Assembly (NCBI GenBank): GCA_949373145.1
Contig: CASICI010000008.1
Span: forward strand, 63,078 to 127,077
DNA length: 64,000 nt
Reading direction: 5' to 3'
DNA from: an uncultured Phycisphaerales bacterium
GTDB lineage: Bacteria > Planctomycetota > Phycisphaerae > Phycisphaerales > SM1A02
Shown piece by piece: positions 8,436-19,030 of the stretch. Both the position numbers and the translations under genes were made by a program. Each line of letters starts with the position of its first letter. Position 1 is the first letter of the stretch. The notes below the pieces were generated by a model, which was not told the DNA's origin, ran no database searches, and saw only the letters and a program-made list of their open reading frames with translations.

Positions 8436-10547
8436 TCAGTTGCACGGGCCCCAGCCACTGAGCAAGACGGTCAGGTCCGAACCACCGATCACCAAGTCAC
8501 CGTTGAGATCGAGCAACGGATCCTCCTCACCCCAGCTGGAGAGGAGCTGAGTCAGATCGCTGCCATTGATCACGCCATCCTGGTTGTAATCACCGGGGCA
8601 GGAACAGTCTGAATTTCCACCGTCATCCACCCAGTCATCGGAATCGATGTTCTCGGGCTGGTTGTCGCAGAGGGATGTCTCTTGAATGTGGAGACGCGAA
8701 CCGTCACCGGAGACGAAGATGCCGCCACCGGCAAGCGCCTCGTTTTCGAGGATCTCGACTCCGTCGATCAAGGTCACGCTGTCGCTGAGATCGTGAAGCA
8801 TCAGGGAGATCGCGCCGCCATGCTCGACTGCGATGTTCGAGCGCAGAGCGCCACCCTCGATGGTCGTCCCACCTTCGAGGATGTGCAGGGCACCACCTGA
8901 ACGGCCGGCAAGATTGGAATCGAATTCACAGTCCACGATGTCCATCGCGGAGTCGATCGAAAGGATCGCGCCGCCATCAAGCACGGCTTCATTGGAGATG
9001 AACTGACATCGATCGAGCTTCGCATCGGACGCCTGAGCGTAGAGTCCACCACCGAAGTCGGAACGACTGGAGGCGATCGTGCAGTCCTCGATCAGAGGCG
9101 AAGCGCCACTGATGAAGATCGCGCCACCCACCAGCACCGAAGGTGCCTCGGGGAACGGACTTCCAGTGTTGCCGTTGATGATGGTGAATCCTCTGAGGAT
9201 CGAGTCCTGGGTTTCCGCCGTGACGAATCGAACGATGGAGCCCTCAAGGCCTTCACCATCGAGAATCGTGGTCTCGGCACCCTTCGAGCCGTAGACCGTC
9301 ACGGCCTTGCCGAGGAAGTCGAGGCGTTCGGCATAGGTACCGGCATCCACTCGGATCACGTCACCCGAGACGGCCGCTTCGATCGCACTCTGGATCGTCA
9401 TGAACTCGGAGGGGACGTCGAGCTCCTTGTCTTCGCAGACATCGGGCACTCCGTTGAGATCGGCATCGGCATAGGTGCCATCGAGGATCTGTCGGTAGTC
9501 GATGATTCCGTCACTGTTGCAGTCGTCGGACCATTCGATGAAGTACCCGGTGGAGAGGCGCATGCCGTTTTCACAGTCCTGCTGAGCGGCTCCGCTCACG
9601 TCGACCCACTCCGGAGTCAAGGTGGAGGAGGAGATCGCAAAGGCCATGAAGGAGACCTGGGCTTCGCCGTCGCAACTGGAGTCGTCCGGCTGGTTCTGAG
9701 CCCAACGATCGAGCTCGAAGGCTTCACCGGTCACCCAACGCCAACCCCCGGCGGGCTCGACGTAATCGAATGCGGAAAGATTCTGATAGCCGCCGAGCCA
9801 GACATGTGATTCCAGACCGCTGTCGAAGGTCATGTAGCTGAAGAATCGCTCCTCGAGGAACGACATTTCGGCGTCGTCGGAGAGGGTCACGAGATGTCCA
9901 CCCAGCGCACGAGCCTGTTCGTCCGCATTCTCCCAGGTGATGCCACCGGCATCAGCGGAGGAGACGTACAGGTAGAGGTGGCCGTTGCCACCGAGTTCGG
10001 TGGGCCAGAGGACGGGTTCACCCATCTCGACACAGTCGGCCACACCATTGCCATCGATGTCCTGGTCGAGAACACCACAGCCGCAGGTTCCAGGCTCGAT
10101 CTTGTTCGAATCCTCGGGACACTCATCGATGCAATCCGGGGTGCCGTCACCATCGGTGTCACCTTCGGGAAGACCGCAGCCACAGTCGCCGGCGAGAATC
10201 TTCTCGGGATCATCGGGGCAGTCGTCGAGGCAGTCGAAGGTTCCGTCGGAATCGGTGTCGACATCGGCCACGCCACATCCACAGGTCCCGGCAAGCGTCT
10301 TCGAGGCATCATCCGGACATTCGTCATCACAGTCGGCGGTGCCGTCGCCATCACTGTCATCATCGGAGACGCCGCAGCCACAGGATCCGGCGCTCGTCTT
10401 CGCAGCGTCATCGGGACAGTCGTCCGTGCAGTCGGCGGTTCCATCACCATCGCTGTCGTCGTCGGAGACGCCGCACCCGCATGAACCGACGACCACCTTC
10501 AGAGGCATCCTCGGGGCAGTCATCCACACAGTCGGCGGTTCCGTCAC
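8436..10547 (-). CDS. C-terminal portion of the giant repeat protein: 5 TSP3-like repeats, C-type lectin fold, parallel beta-helix and dockerin-like tail
   Basis: 703-aa ORF starting at a GTG that overlaps the upstream stop (GTGA). Residues 23-176 are CGCG...DxDxDG..DC.D.CP repeats. GHLYLYV...WENADEQARALGGHLVTLSDDAEMSFLEE...HVWLGGYQ...WRWVTGEAF...WAQNQPDD is C-type-lectin-like. IQSAIEAAVSGDVIRVDAGTY followed by repetitive G/N/D-rich turns indicates a right-handed beta-helix. The C-terminus GDYNQDGVINGSDLTQLLSSWG...DLNGDLVIGGSDLTVLLSGWG is a dockerin/EF-hand-like pair. Confidence 0.8.
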   Translation of the reverse strand: MTEPPTVWMTAPRMPLKVVVGSCGCGVSDDDSDGDGTADCTDDCPDDAAKTSAGSCGCGVSDDDSDGDGTADCDDECPDDASKTLAGTCGCGVADVDTDSDGTFDCLDDCPDDPEKILAGDCGCGLPEGDTDGDGTPDCIDECPEDSNKIEPGTCGCGVLDQDIDGNGVADCVEMGEPVLWPTELGGNGHLYLYVSSADAGGITWENADEQARALGGHLVTLSDDAEMSFLEERFFSYMTFDSGLESHVWLGGYQNLSAFDYVEPAGGWRWVTGEAFELDRWAQNQPDDSSCDGEAQVSFMAFAISSSTLTPEWVDVSGAAQQDCENGMRLSTGYFIEWSDDCNSDGIIDYRQILDGTYADADLNGVPDVCEDKELDVPSEFMTIQSAIEAAVSGDVIRVDAGTYAERLDFLGKAVTVYGSKGAETTILDGEGLEGSIVRFVTAETQDSILRGFTIINGNTGSPFPEAPSVLVGGAIFISGASPLIEDCTIASSRSDFGGGLYAQASDAKLDRCQFISNEAVLDGGAILSIDSAMDIVDCEFDSNLAGRSGGALHILEGGTTIEGGALRSNIAVEHGGAISLMLHDLSDSVTLIDGVEILENEALAGGGIFVSGDGSRLHIQETSLCDNQPENIDSDDWVDDGGNSDCSCPGDYNQDGVINGSDLTQLLSSWGEEDPLLDLNGDLVIGGSDLTVLLSGWGPCN

Positions 10548-13500
10548 CAGTCGGTATCGGCATCAAGGACACCACACCCACAGGCACCCGCGGTGACCTT
10601 CGACGCGTCATCGGGGCAGTCATCGAGGCAGTCAGCGGTGCCATCCGAATCGGTGTCGGTGTCGGCGATGCCGCAGCCGCAGAGGCCGGCGAGAATCTTG
10701 GAGGGATCCTCGGGACACTCATCCACACAGTCGGCGGTTCCATCCAGGTCGGTGTCGGTTTCGATCACGTCGCACCCGCAGGCACCGGCGACGACCTTGT
10801 CGGCATTCAGAGGACATTCGTCGTTGCAATCGAGGGTGCCGTCGGCATCACTGTCAGAGTCGGGCACGCCACAACCGCAGGTTCCGGCGACGACCTTGGT
10901 GGGATCACCGGGACAGTCATCATCGCAGTCCGGGGTGCCGTCGGCATCGGAGTCGTCATCGGAGACACCGCAGCCACAGGTTCCGGGAGAGGTCTTCTCG
11001 AAGTCGACCGGACAGTCATCGAGGCAGTCCGGAGTGCCATCGGAATCCGTGTCGGTCTCCGGCACGAAACACCCACAGGCACCGGGAAGAACCTTGGCTT
11101 CATCAAAGGGACACTCGTCAAGACAGTTCGGAGTGCCATCGGAATCGCTGTCGAGGTCGGGGGCACCGCAACCACAGTCTCCAGGGGTGATCTTGAGAGG
11201 ATCGGCAGGACAGTCATCGAAACAGTCAAGCGTGCCATCTGAATCGGTGTCGGCATCGGAGACGCCGCAGCCGCAGGCACCGGCCACGCTCTTCAGAGGA
11301 TCACCGGGGCACTCATCGACACAGTCGGCCGTGCCATCCGCGTCGGCATCGAGATCGGCGATGCCACAACCACAGGCACCCGGGAGTGTCTTGAGGGGAT
11401 CGGTCGGACAGTCATCGAGACAATCAGCGGTGCCATCAGCATCGGAGTCGGTGTCAGCGACACCACAACCGCATGCGCCGACTGCGATCTTCAGAACGTC
11501 ATCAGGGCAGTCATCGACACAGTCAGCGGTGCCATCGGAGTCCGTGTCGGTATCAGCGACACCACAACCACACACACCGGCTTCGGTCTTCAGAACGTCA
11601 TCAGGACAGCCATCGACACAGTCGGCGGTGCCATCGGCGTCCGTGTCGGTGTCGGCGACACCACAACCGCACACACCGGCTTCGGTCTTCAGAACGTCAT
11701 CAGGACAGCCATCGACACAGTCGGCCGTGCCATCCGCGTCCGTGTCGGTGTCGGCGATGCCGCAGCCACAGAGTCCGGCTTCGGTCTTCAGAACATCATC
11801 AGGGCAGCCATCGACGCAGTCGGCCGTACCATCCGCGTCCGTGTCGGTGTCGACGATGCCGCAGCCACAGAGTCCGGCTTCGGTCTTCAGAACATCATCA
11901 GGACAGTCATCGAGACAGTCCGCCGTACCATCCGCGTCCGTGTCGGTGTCGGCGATGCCGCAGCCACAGAGTCCGGCTTCGGTCTTCAGAACATCATCAG
12001 GACAGTCATCGAGACAGTCGGCCGTGCCGTCGGAATCAGTATCCGTCTCGGCCACGCCGCATCCGCAGTCGCCCACTTCAGTCTTCAGAACATCCTCAGG
12101 GCAGTCATCGAGACAGTCGGCCGTGCCGTCCCCATCGGTGTCGGTGTCGGCGACGCCGCACCCACAGAGTCCGGCTTCGGTCTTCAGAACATCATCAGGG
12201 CAGCCATCGAGACAGTCGGCCGTGCCGTCGGAATCAGTATCCGTCTCGGCCACGCCGCACCCGCACGCACCCGCTTCAGTCTTCAGAACATCATCGGGGC
12301 AGCCATCAAGACAGTCCGCTGTGCCATCGGCATCAGTGTCGGTGTCGGCGACGCCGCACCCACAGTCACCTGGCTCGGTCTTCGAGACGTCGTTGGGACA
12401 TTGGTCAAGACAGTCCGCCGTGCCGTCGGAATCAGCATCCGTGTCGGCCACGCCGCATCCGCAGTCGCCCGCTTCAGTCTTCAGAACATCCTCAGGGCAG
12501 TCATCAATGCAGTCCGCCGTGCCGTCGGCATCCGTGTCGGTGTCGGCGATGCCGCAGCCACAGAGTCCAGCTTCGGTCTTCAGAACATCATCAGGGCAGT
12601 CATCGAGACAGTCGGCCGTGCCGTCGGAATCAGTATCCGTGTCGGCGATGCCGCAGCCACAGAGTCCGGCTTCGGTCTTCAGAACATCATCAGGGCAGTC
12701 ATCGAGACAGTCGGCCGTGCCGTCGGAATCAGTATCCGTCTCGGCGATGCCGCAGCCACAGAGTCCGGCTTCGGTCTTCAGAACATCATCAGGGCAGCCA
12801 TCAAGACAGTCCGCTGTGCCATCGGCATCAGTGTCAGTGTCGGCGACGCCGCACCCACAGTCACCTGGCTCGGTCTTCGAGACGTCGTCGGGACATTGGT
12901 CAAGACAGTCCGCCGTGCCGTCGGAATCAGCATCCGTCTCGGCCACGCCGCATCCGCAGTCGCCCGCGTCAATCTTCAGAACATCTGCAGGACAGCCATC
13001 AATGCAGTCCGCCGTGCCGTCGGCATCAGTGTCGGTGTCAGCGACGCCGCACCCACAGTCGCCTGGCTCGGTCTTCGAGACGTCGTTGGGACATTGGTCA
13101 AGACAGTCGGCCGTGCCGTCGGAATCAGCATCCGTGTCGGCCACGCCGCAGCCGCAGTCGCCCGCTTCAGTCTTCAGAACATCAGCAGGACAGCCATCAA
13201 GACAGTCGAGGGTGCCGTCGCCATCGGTGTCGGCGTCGGCAACGCCGCACCCGCACTCGCCCGCGTCGGTCTTCAAGACATCGTCGGGGCATCCATCAAG
13301 GCAGTCAGCGGTGCCATCCAAATCGGTGTCGGTGTCGGCAACGCCGCACCCGCACTCGCCCGCGTCGGTCTTCAAGACATCGTCGGGGCATCCATCGAGG
13401 CAATCAGCGGTGCCATCCAAATCGGTGTCGGTGTCGGCAACGCCGCAGCCGCAGTCACCCGCGTCACTCTTCAACACGTCATCAGGGCAGCCATCGATGC

Positions 13501-16500
13501 AGTCGGCAGTCCCGTCAGAGTCACTGTCAAGATCTGCGACACCGCAGCCACAGTCACCGGCAAGAACCTTGGCAGGGTCAGCTGGACAGTCATCAAGGCA
13601 ATCGAATGTTCCATCGGAATCCGTATCAAGTTCCGCGACCCCACAGCCGCAGAGACCGGCTTCGATCTTCAGGACGTCATCGGGACAAGCATCAACGCAG
13701 TCGAGCGTGCCATCGCCATCGGTATCGACGTCGGCGAGGCCGCACCCACAGTCGCCTGGCTCGGTCTTCAAGACATCGTCGGGACAACCGTCAACGCAGT
13801 CGAGCGTGCCGTCACCATCGGTGTCCGTGTCGGCAACACCACATCCACAGTCACCGGGAACGGTCTTGAGAACATCGGTGGGACACTCATCGATGCAATC
13901 GGCGGTGCCGTCCGAGTCGGTATCGATGTCCGCCACACCACAGCCACAGTCACCAGGTTCGATCTTGAGTACGTCATCAGGGCATTGATCCGTGCAGTCG
14001 GCGGTGCCGTCACCATCGGTGTCGGTACCGATCTCTCCACAGCCACAATCGCCGGCAAGGATCTTGCTCGAGTCGTTCGGGCACTCGTCGACACAGTCAG
14101 CCGTCCCGTCGGAGTCCGTGTCGAGGTCGGCGATACCGCACCCGCACGCACCCGCGTCAGTCTTGAGGACATCCTCGGGACAACCATCGACGCAGTCGAG
14201 CGTGCCGTCGCCATCGGTGTCGATGTCGGCCACGCCGCAGCCGCACTCGCCGGTTTCAGTCTTCAACACGTCCTCAGGGCAACCATCGACGCAGTCGAGG
14301 GTGCCGTCGCCATCCGTGTCGGTGTCGGACACGCCGCACCCGCACTCGCCGGCTTCAGTCTTGAGAACATCTTCAGGACATCCGTCGACGCAGTCGAGCG
14401 TGCCGTCGCCATCGGTGTCGGCGTCGGCAATGCCGCAGCCGCACTCACCCGCGTCCGTCTTCAGGAGATCGTCGGGGCAGCCGTCGAGGCAATCGGCGGT
14501 GCCGTCCCCATCAGTGTCGGTATCGGCAATGCCGCAGCCGCAGTCGCCCGCTTCAGTCTTCAGGAGGTCGTCGGGACAGCCGTCAACGCAGTCGAACGTG
14601 CCATCGGAATCGCTGTCGAGATCCTCGGCACCGCATCCGCACGTACCCACGAGAATCTTGCCTGGATCATCTGGACACTCGTCGACGCAGTCAGCCGTCC
14701 CGTCGGCGTCCGTGTCGAGATCAGCAATACCACAGCCACAGATGCCGGCGTCGATCTTCAGAAGGTCCTCAGGGCAACCATCGACGCAGTCGAGGGTGCC
14801 GTCGCCATCCGTGTCGGTGTCGGACACGCCGCACCCGCACTCGCCGGCTTCAGTCTTCAGAACATCTTCAGGACATCCGTCGACGCAGTCGAGCGTGCCG
14901 TCGCCATCGGTGTCGGTGTCGGCAATGCCGCAGCCGCACTCACCCGCGTCCGTCTTCAGGAGGTCGTCGGGGCAGCCGTCGAGGCAGTCGGCGGTGCCGT
15001 CCCCATCGGTGTCGGTATCGGCAATGCCGCAGCCGCAGTCGCCCGCTTCAGTCTTCAGGAGGTCGTCGGGACAGCCGTCAACGCAGTCGAACGTGCCATC
15101 GGAATCGCTGTCGAGATCCTCGACACCGCATCCGCACGTACCCACGAGAATCTTGCCTGGATCATCTGGACACTCGTCGACGCAGTCAGCCGTCCCGTCG
15201 GCGTCCGTGTCGAGATCAGCAATACCACAGCCACAGATGCCGGCGTCGATCTTCAGAAGATCCTCAGGACAACCATCGACGCAGTCGAGGGTGCCGTCGC
15301 CATCCGTGTCGGTGTCGGACACGCCGCACCCGCACTCGCCGGCTTCAGTCTTCAGAACATCTTCAGGACATCCGTCGACGCAGTCGAGCGTGCCGTCGCC
15401 ATCGGTGTCGGCGTCGGCAATGCCGCAGCCGCACTCACCCGCGTCCGTCTTCAGGAGATCGTCGGGGCAGCCGTCGAGGCAGTCGGCGGTGCCGTCCCCA
15501 TCGGTGTCGGTGTCGGCAATGCCGCAGCCGCAGTCGCCCGCTTCAGTCTTCAGAACATCTTCAGGACAGCCGTCAACGCAGTCGAACGTGCCATCGGAAT
15601 CGCTGTCGAGATCCTCGACACCGCATCCGCACGTACCCACGAGAATCTTGCCTGGATCATCTGGACACTCGTCGACGCAGTCAGCCGTGCCATCGGCGTC
15701 CGTGTCGAGATCAGCAATACCACAGCCACAGATGCCGGCGTCGATCTTCAGAAGGTCCTCAGGGCAACCATCGACGCAGTCGAGGGTGCCGTCGCCATCC
15801 GTGTCGGTGTCGGACACGCCGCACCCGCACTCGCCGGCTTCAGTCTTCAGAACATCTTCAGGACATCCGTCGAGGCAATCGGAAACACCATCGGTATCGG
15901 TGTCGAGATCTTCCGTCCCGCACCCACAGTCCCCGGCGATTGACTTCAGAGGATCGATCGGACATTCATCGACGCAATCAGGTGATCCATCATCGTCGGT
16001 GTCGGTTTCGGGAAGGAAGCAGCCGCACGTCCCGGGGTCGATCTTCGTGGAATCGAACGGACAGAGATCGATGCAATTGGCGGTTCCGTCACCATCGGAA
16101 TCGATTTCCGGGATCTGGCAGCCACAGTCTCCCGCGAACACCTTGAGTGGGTCGCTGGGACACTCGTCAAGACAATCGATCGTACCGTCCGAGTCCGAAT
16201 CGACGTCGGAAACACCACAGCCACAGAGCCCGGCAGACGCCTTGAGTGGATCATTCGGACAGTCATCAAGGCAATCGACCGTGCCATCCAGGTCGGTGTC
16301 CGTTTCAGGGATACCGCAGCCACACAGACCTTCGAGCATCTTGAAGGGATCTTCAGGACAGTCGTCGAGGCAATCAGGAATCGAATCCAGATCGGTATCG
16401 ATCTCGGAGACCGAACAACCGCACTCGCCTTCGGTGGTCTTGTCGGGATCATCAGGGCAGTCGTCGTTGCAATCAAACGTGCCGTCACCATCGCTGTCGG

Positions 16501-19030
16501 TGTCGGACACACCACAACCACAGGTTCCTGCAGCGACCTTCGCCGCATCATCGGGACACTCGTCGTTGCAATCAAAGGTCCCGTCGCCGTCGCTGTCGGC
16601 ATCGGACACGCCGCAGCCACAGGTTCCCGCAGCGACCTTGGCCGCATCATCGGGGCAGCCATCAAGGCAGTCGGCGGTGCCGTCGCCATCGGTATCGGTG
16701 TCGGCGACACCGCAGCCGCAGTCGCCGGGCTCGATCTTCAGGAGATCTTCGGGGCATCCGTCGAGACAGTCAGCGGTACCGTCGGAATCCGTATCGGTCT
16801 CGGAGACGCCGCAGCCGCACGAGCCCGCTTCGGTCTTCAGGACATCATCGGGGCAGGCATCAAGACAGTCGGCGGTGCCGTCGGAGTCCGTGTCGGTGTC
16901 GGGAACACCGCAGCCACAGGCACCGGGCAGGATCTTGGTGGGATCGTCCGGACATTGATCATCACACTCGACGGTTCCGTCACCATCGGGGTCGAGGTCT
17001 TCGAATCCACAGCCGCAGACTCCGGACACGATCTTGAGTGGATCGAGCGGACAGCCGTCGACGCAGTCCAGCGTGCCATCGCCATCGGTGTCATCATCGG
17101 CGACCAGGCACCCACACTCACCAGCGAGAATCTTCGCCGCGTCGGTGGGACAGTCATCATTGCAGTCGACGGTTCCATCATCATCGGTGTCGGCATCCGA
17201 CACACCACATCCACAGATTCCTTCGAGGATCTTGTCGACGTCCTCGGGACACTCATCATTGCAATCGGGGGTGCCATCGGCATCGGAATCCGCCTCGGAC
17301 ACACCGCACCCGCAGAGTCCGGCAAGGATCTTGGTGGGATCGTCGGGACAGTCGTCGTTGCAATCAAACGTGCCGTCCAGATCCGTATCGACATCGGCAA
17401 CACCGCAACCACAGACGCCGGGAACGACCTTGTCGGGATCATCGGGACATTGATCTTCGCAATCAGGCTGACCGTCGCCGTTGAAATCCTCTTCGGACAC
17501 GCCGCAGCCACAGACGCCCGGATCGATCTTGGCCGAGTCGGCGGGACAGTCGTCGAGGCAGTCGGGGGTGCCATCGGCATCGGAATCGACTTCGGAGACA
17601 CCACACCCGCATGAACCAGCGAGGGACTTGTCGGGATCGGTCACACATTCATCGAGGCAGTCGGGGACACCATCGAAATCGGTGTCGATGTCCGCAACAC
17701 CGCAGCCACACTCGCCCAGGGAGATCTTCGTCGGATCGTCGGGGCAGGCATCGATGCAGTCGGGTGCACCATCCGAGTCACTGTCGGTCTCGGGCGCGGA
17801 ACAACCGCAGAGACCGGGTTGAGTCTTGTCGGCATCGAAGGGACAGGAGTCAATGCAGTTGGGTGAACCATCACCGTCTGAATCGATGTCGGGAATACCG
17901 CAGCCACAAATGCCGGGTTCAGTCTTGTTGGGATCGAAGGGACAGGTCTCATTGCAGTCAAGGGTGCCGTCCGAGTCGGTGTCGACGTCCACGAGTCCGC
18001 AGCCACAGAAACCAGGTGTGGTTTTCGCGGGATCTTCGGGACACGCATCGATGCAATCCGGGAAGGAGTCACCATCGGTGTCGATGTCCAGGATCTCGCA
18101 GCCACAGGCACCTGGTTGGATCTTGTTGACGTTGTCCGGGCAGCCATCGACACAATCAGGGATTCCGTCACCATCGGTGTCCAGTTCATCGACCCCGCAC
18201 CCGCAGAAGAGCGGGTCGGACTTCAGGGGATCGTCGGGACAGTCATCGACGCAATCAAAGGCACCATCACCATCGGAGTCCAGGTCGAGCAGACCGCAGC
18301 CGCAGCCCCCCGGTTCGATCTTGTTCTGGTCGAATGGACAGCCATCGAAGCAGTCGAGCGTGCCGTCTTCGTCGAAGTCGGAATCGAGCACGCCGCATCC
18401 ACAGATGCCGACCTCGATCTTGTTGGGGTCGACGGGACAGTCATCAAGGCAGTCAAGGGTCCCATCACCATCGCTGTCGATGTCGGACACTCCGCAGCCA
18501 CACAGACCCGCTTCACTCTTGAAGGGGTCATCGATGCAGCCATCGATGCAGTCCGAGACTCCATCACCATCGGAGTCGACGTCGGCACCGACGCATTGAT
18601 CGCATCCATCCGGGACACCATCGAGGTCTTCATCGACGGCGTCATCGGAACCTGGACAGATGTCGTCACAGTTCAGGACACCATCGCCATCGGCGTCACC
18701 TTCCGCGAAGTCGCATCCACAGACGCCGGGTTCGATCTTCTCGGAATTCAGTGGACACAGATCGTCGCAGTCGAGGGTGCCGTCACCGTCGGAATCAGCA
18801 TCGGAAAGACCACACCCGCAGAGACCGGGGGCGACCTTGGCAGGATCATCGATGCAGCCATCGAGGCAATCCGCGGTCCCATCACCATCGGTGTCGATCT
18901 CCGAAAAACCACACCCACACTGACCGAGGTCGACCTTGCTGGAATCATCGGGGCAGTCATCACAGGCGTCGATGACACCGTCGAAATCACTGTCGAGGTC
19001 ACAGGCATCATCAAGCCCGTTTTCATCACA
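10020..19030 (-). repeat. coding tandem array of 99-bp (33-codon) units, about 89 copies, spanning both ORFs of the giant locus
   Basis: I counted 83 full units plus one broken unit in the 3527-aa ORF and 5 more in the 703-aa ORF. Central units are near-identical at the DNA level and outer units more diverged. Confidence 0.9.

Noticed and set aside
10020-19030. Regular short tandem repeats that could be mistaken for a CRISPR array.
   Set aside because: The units are contiguous (99 bp with no unique spacers), are in frame within a single ORF, and encode a conserved Cys/Asp protein motif. No cas genes are present.
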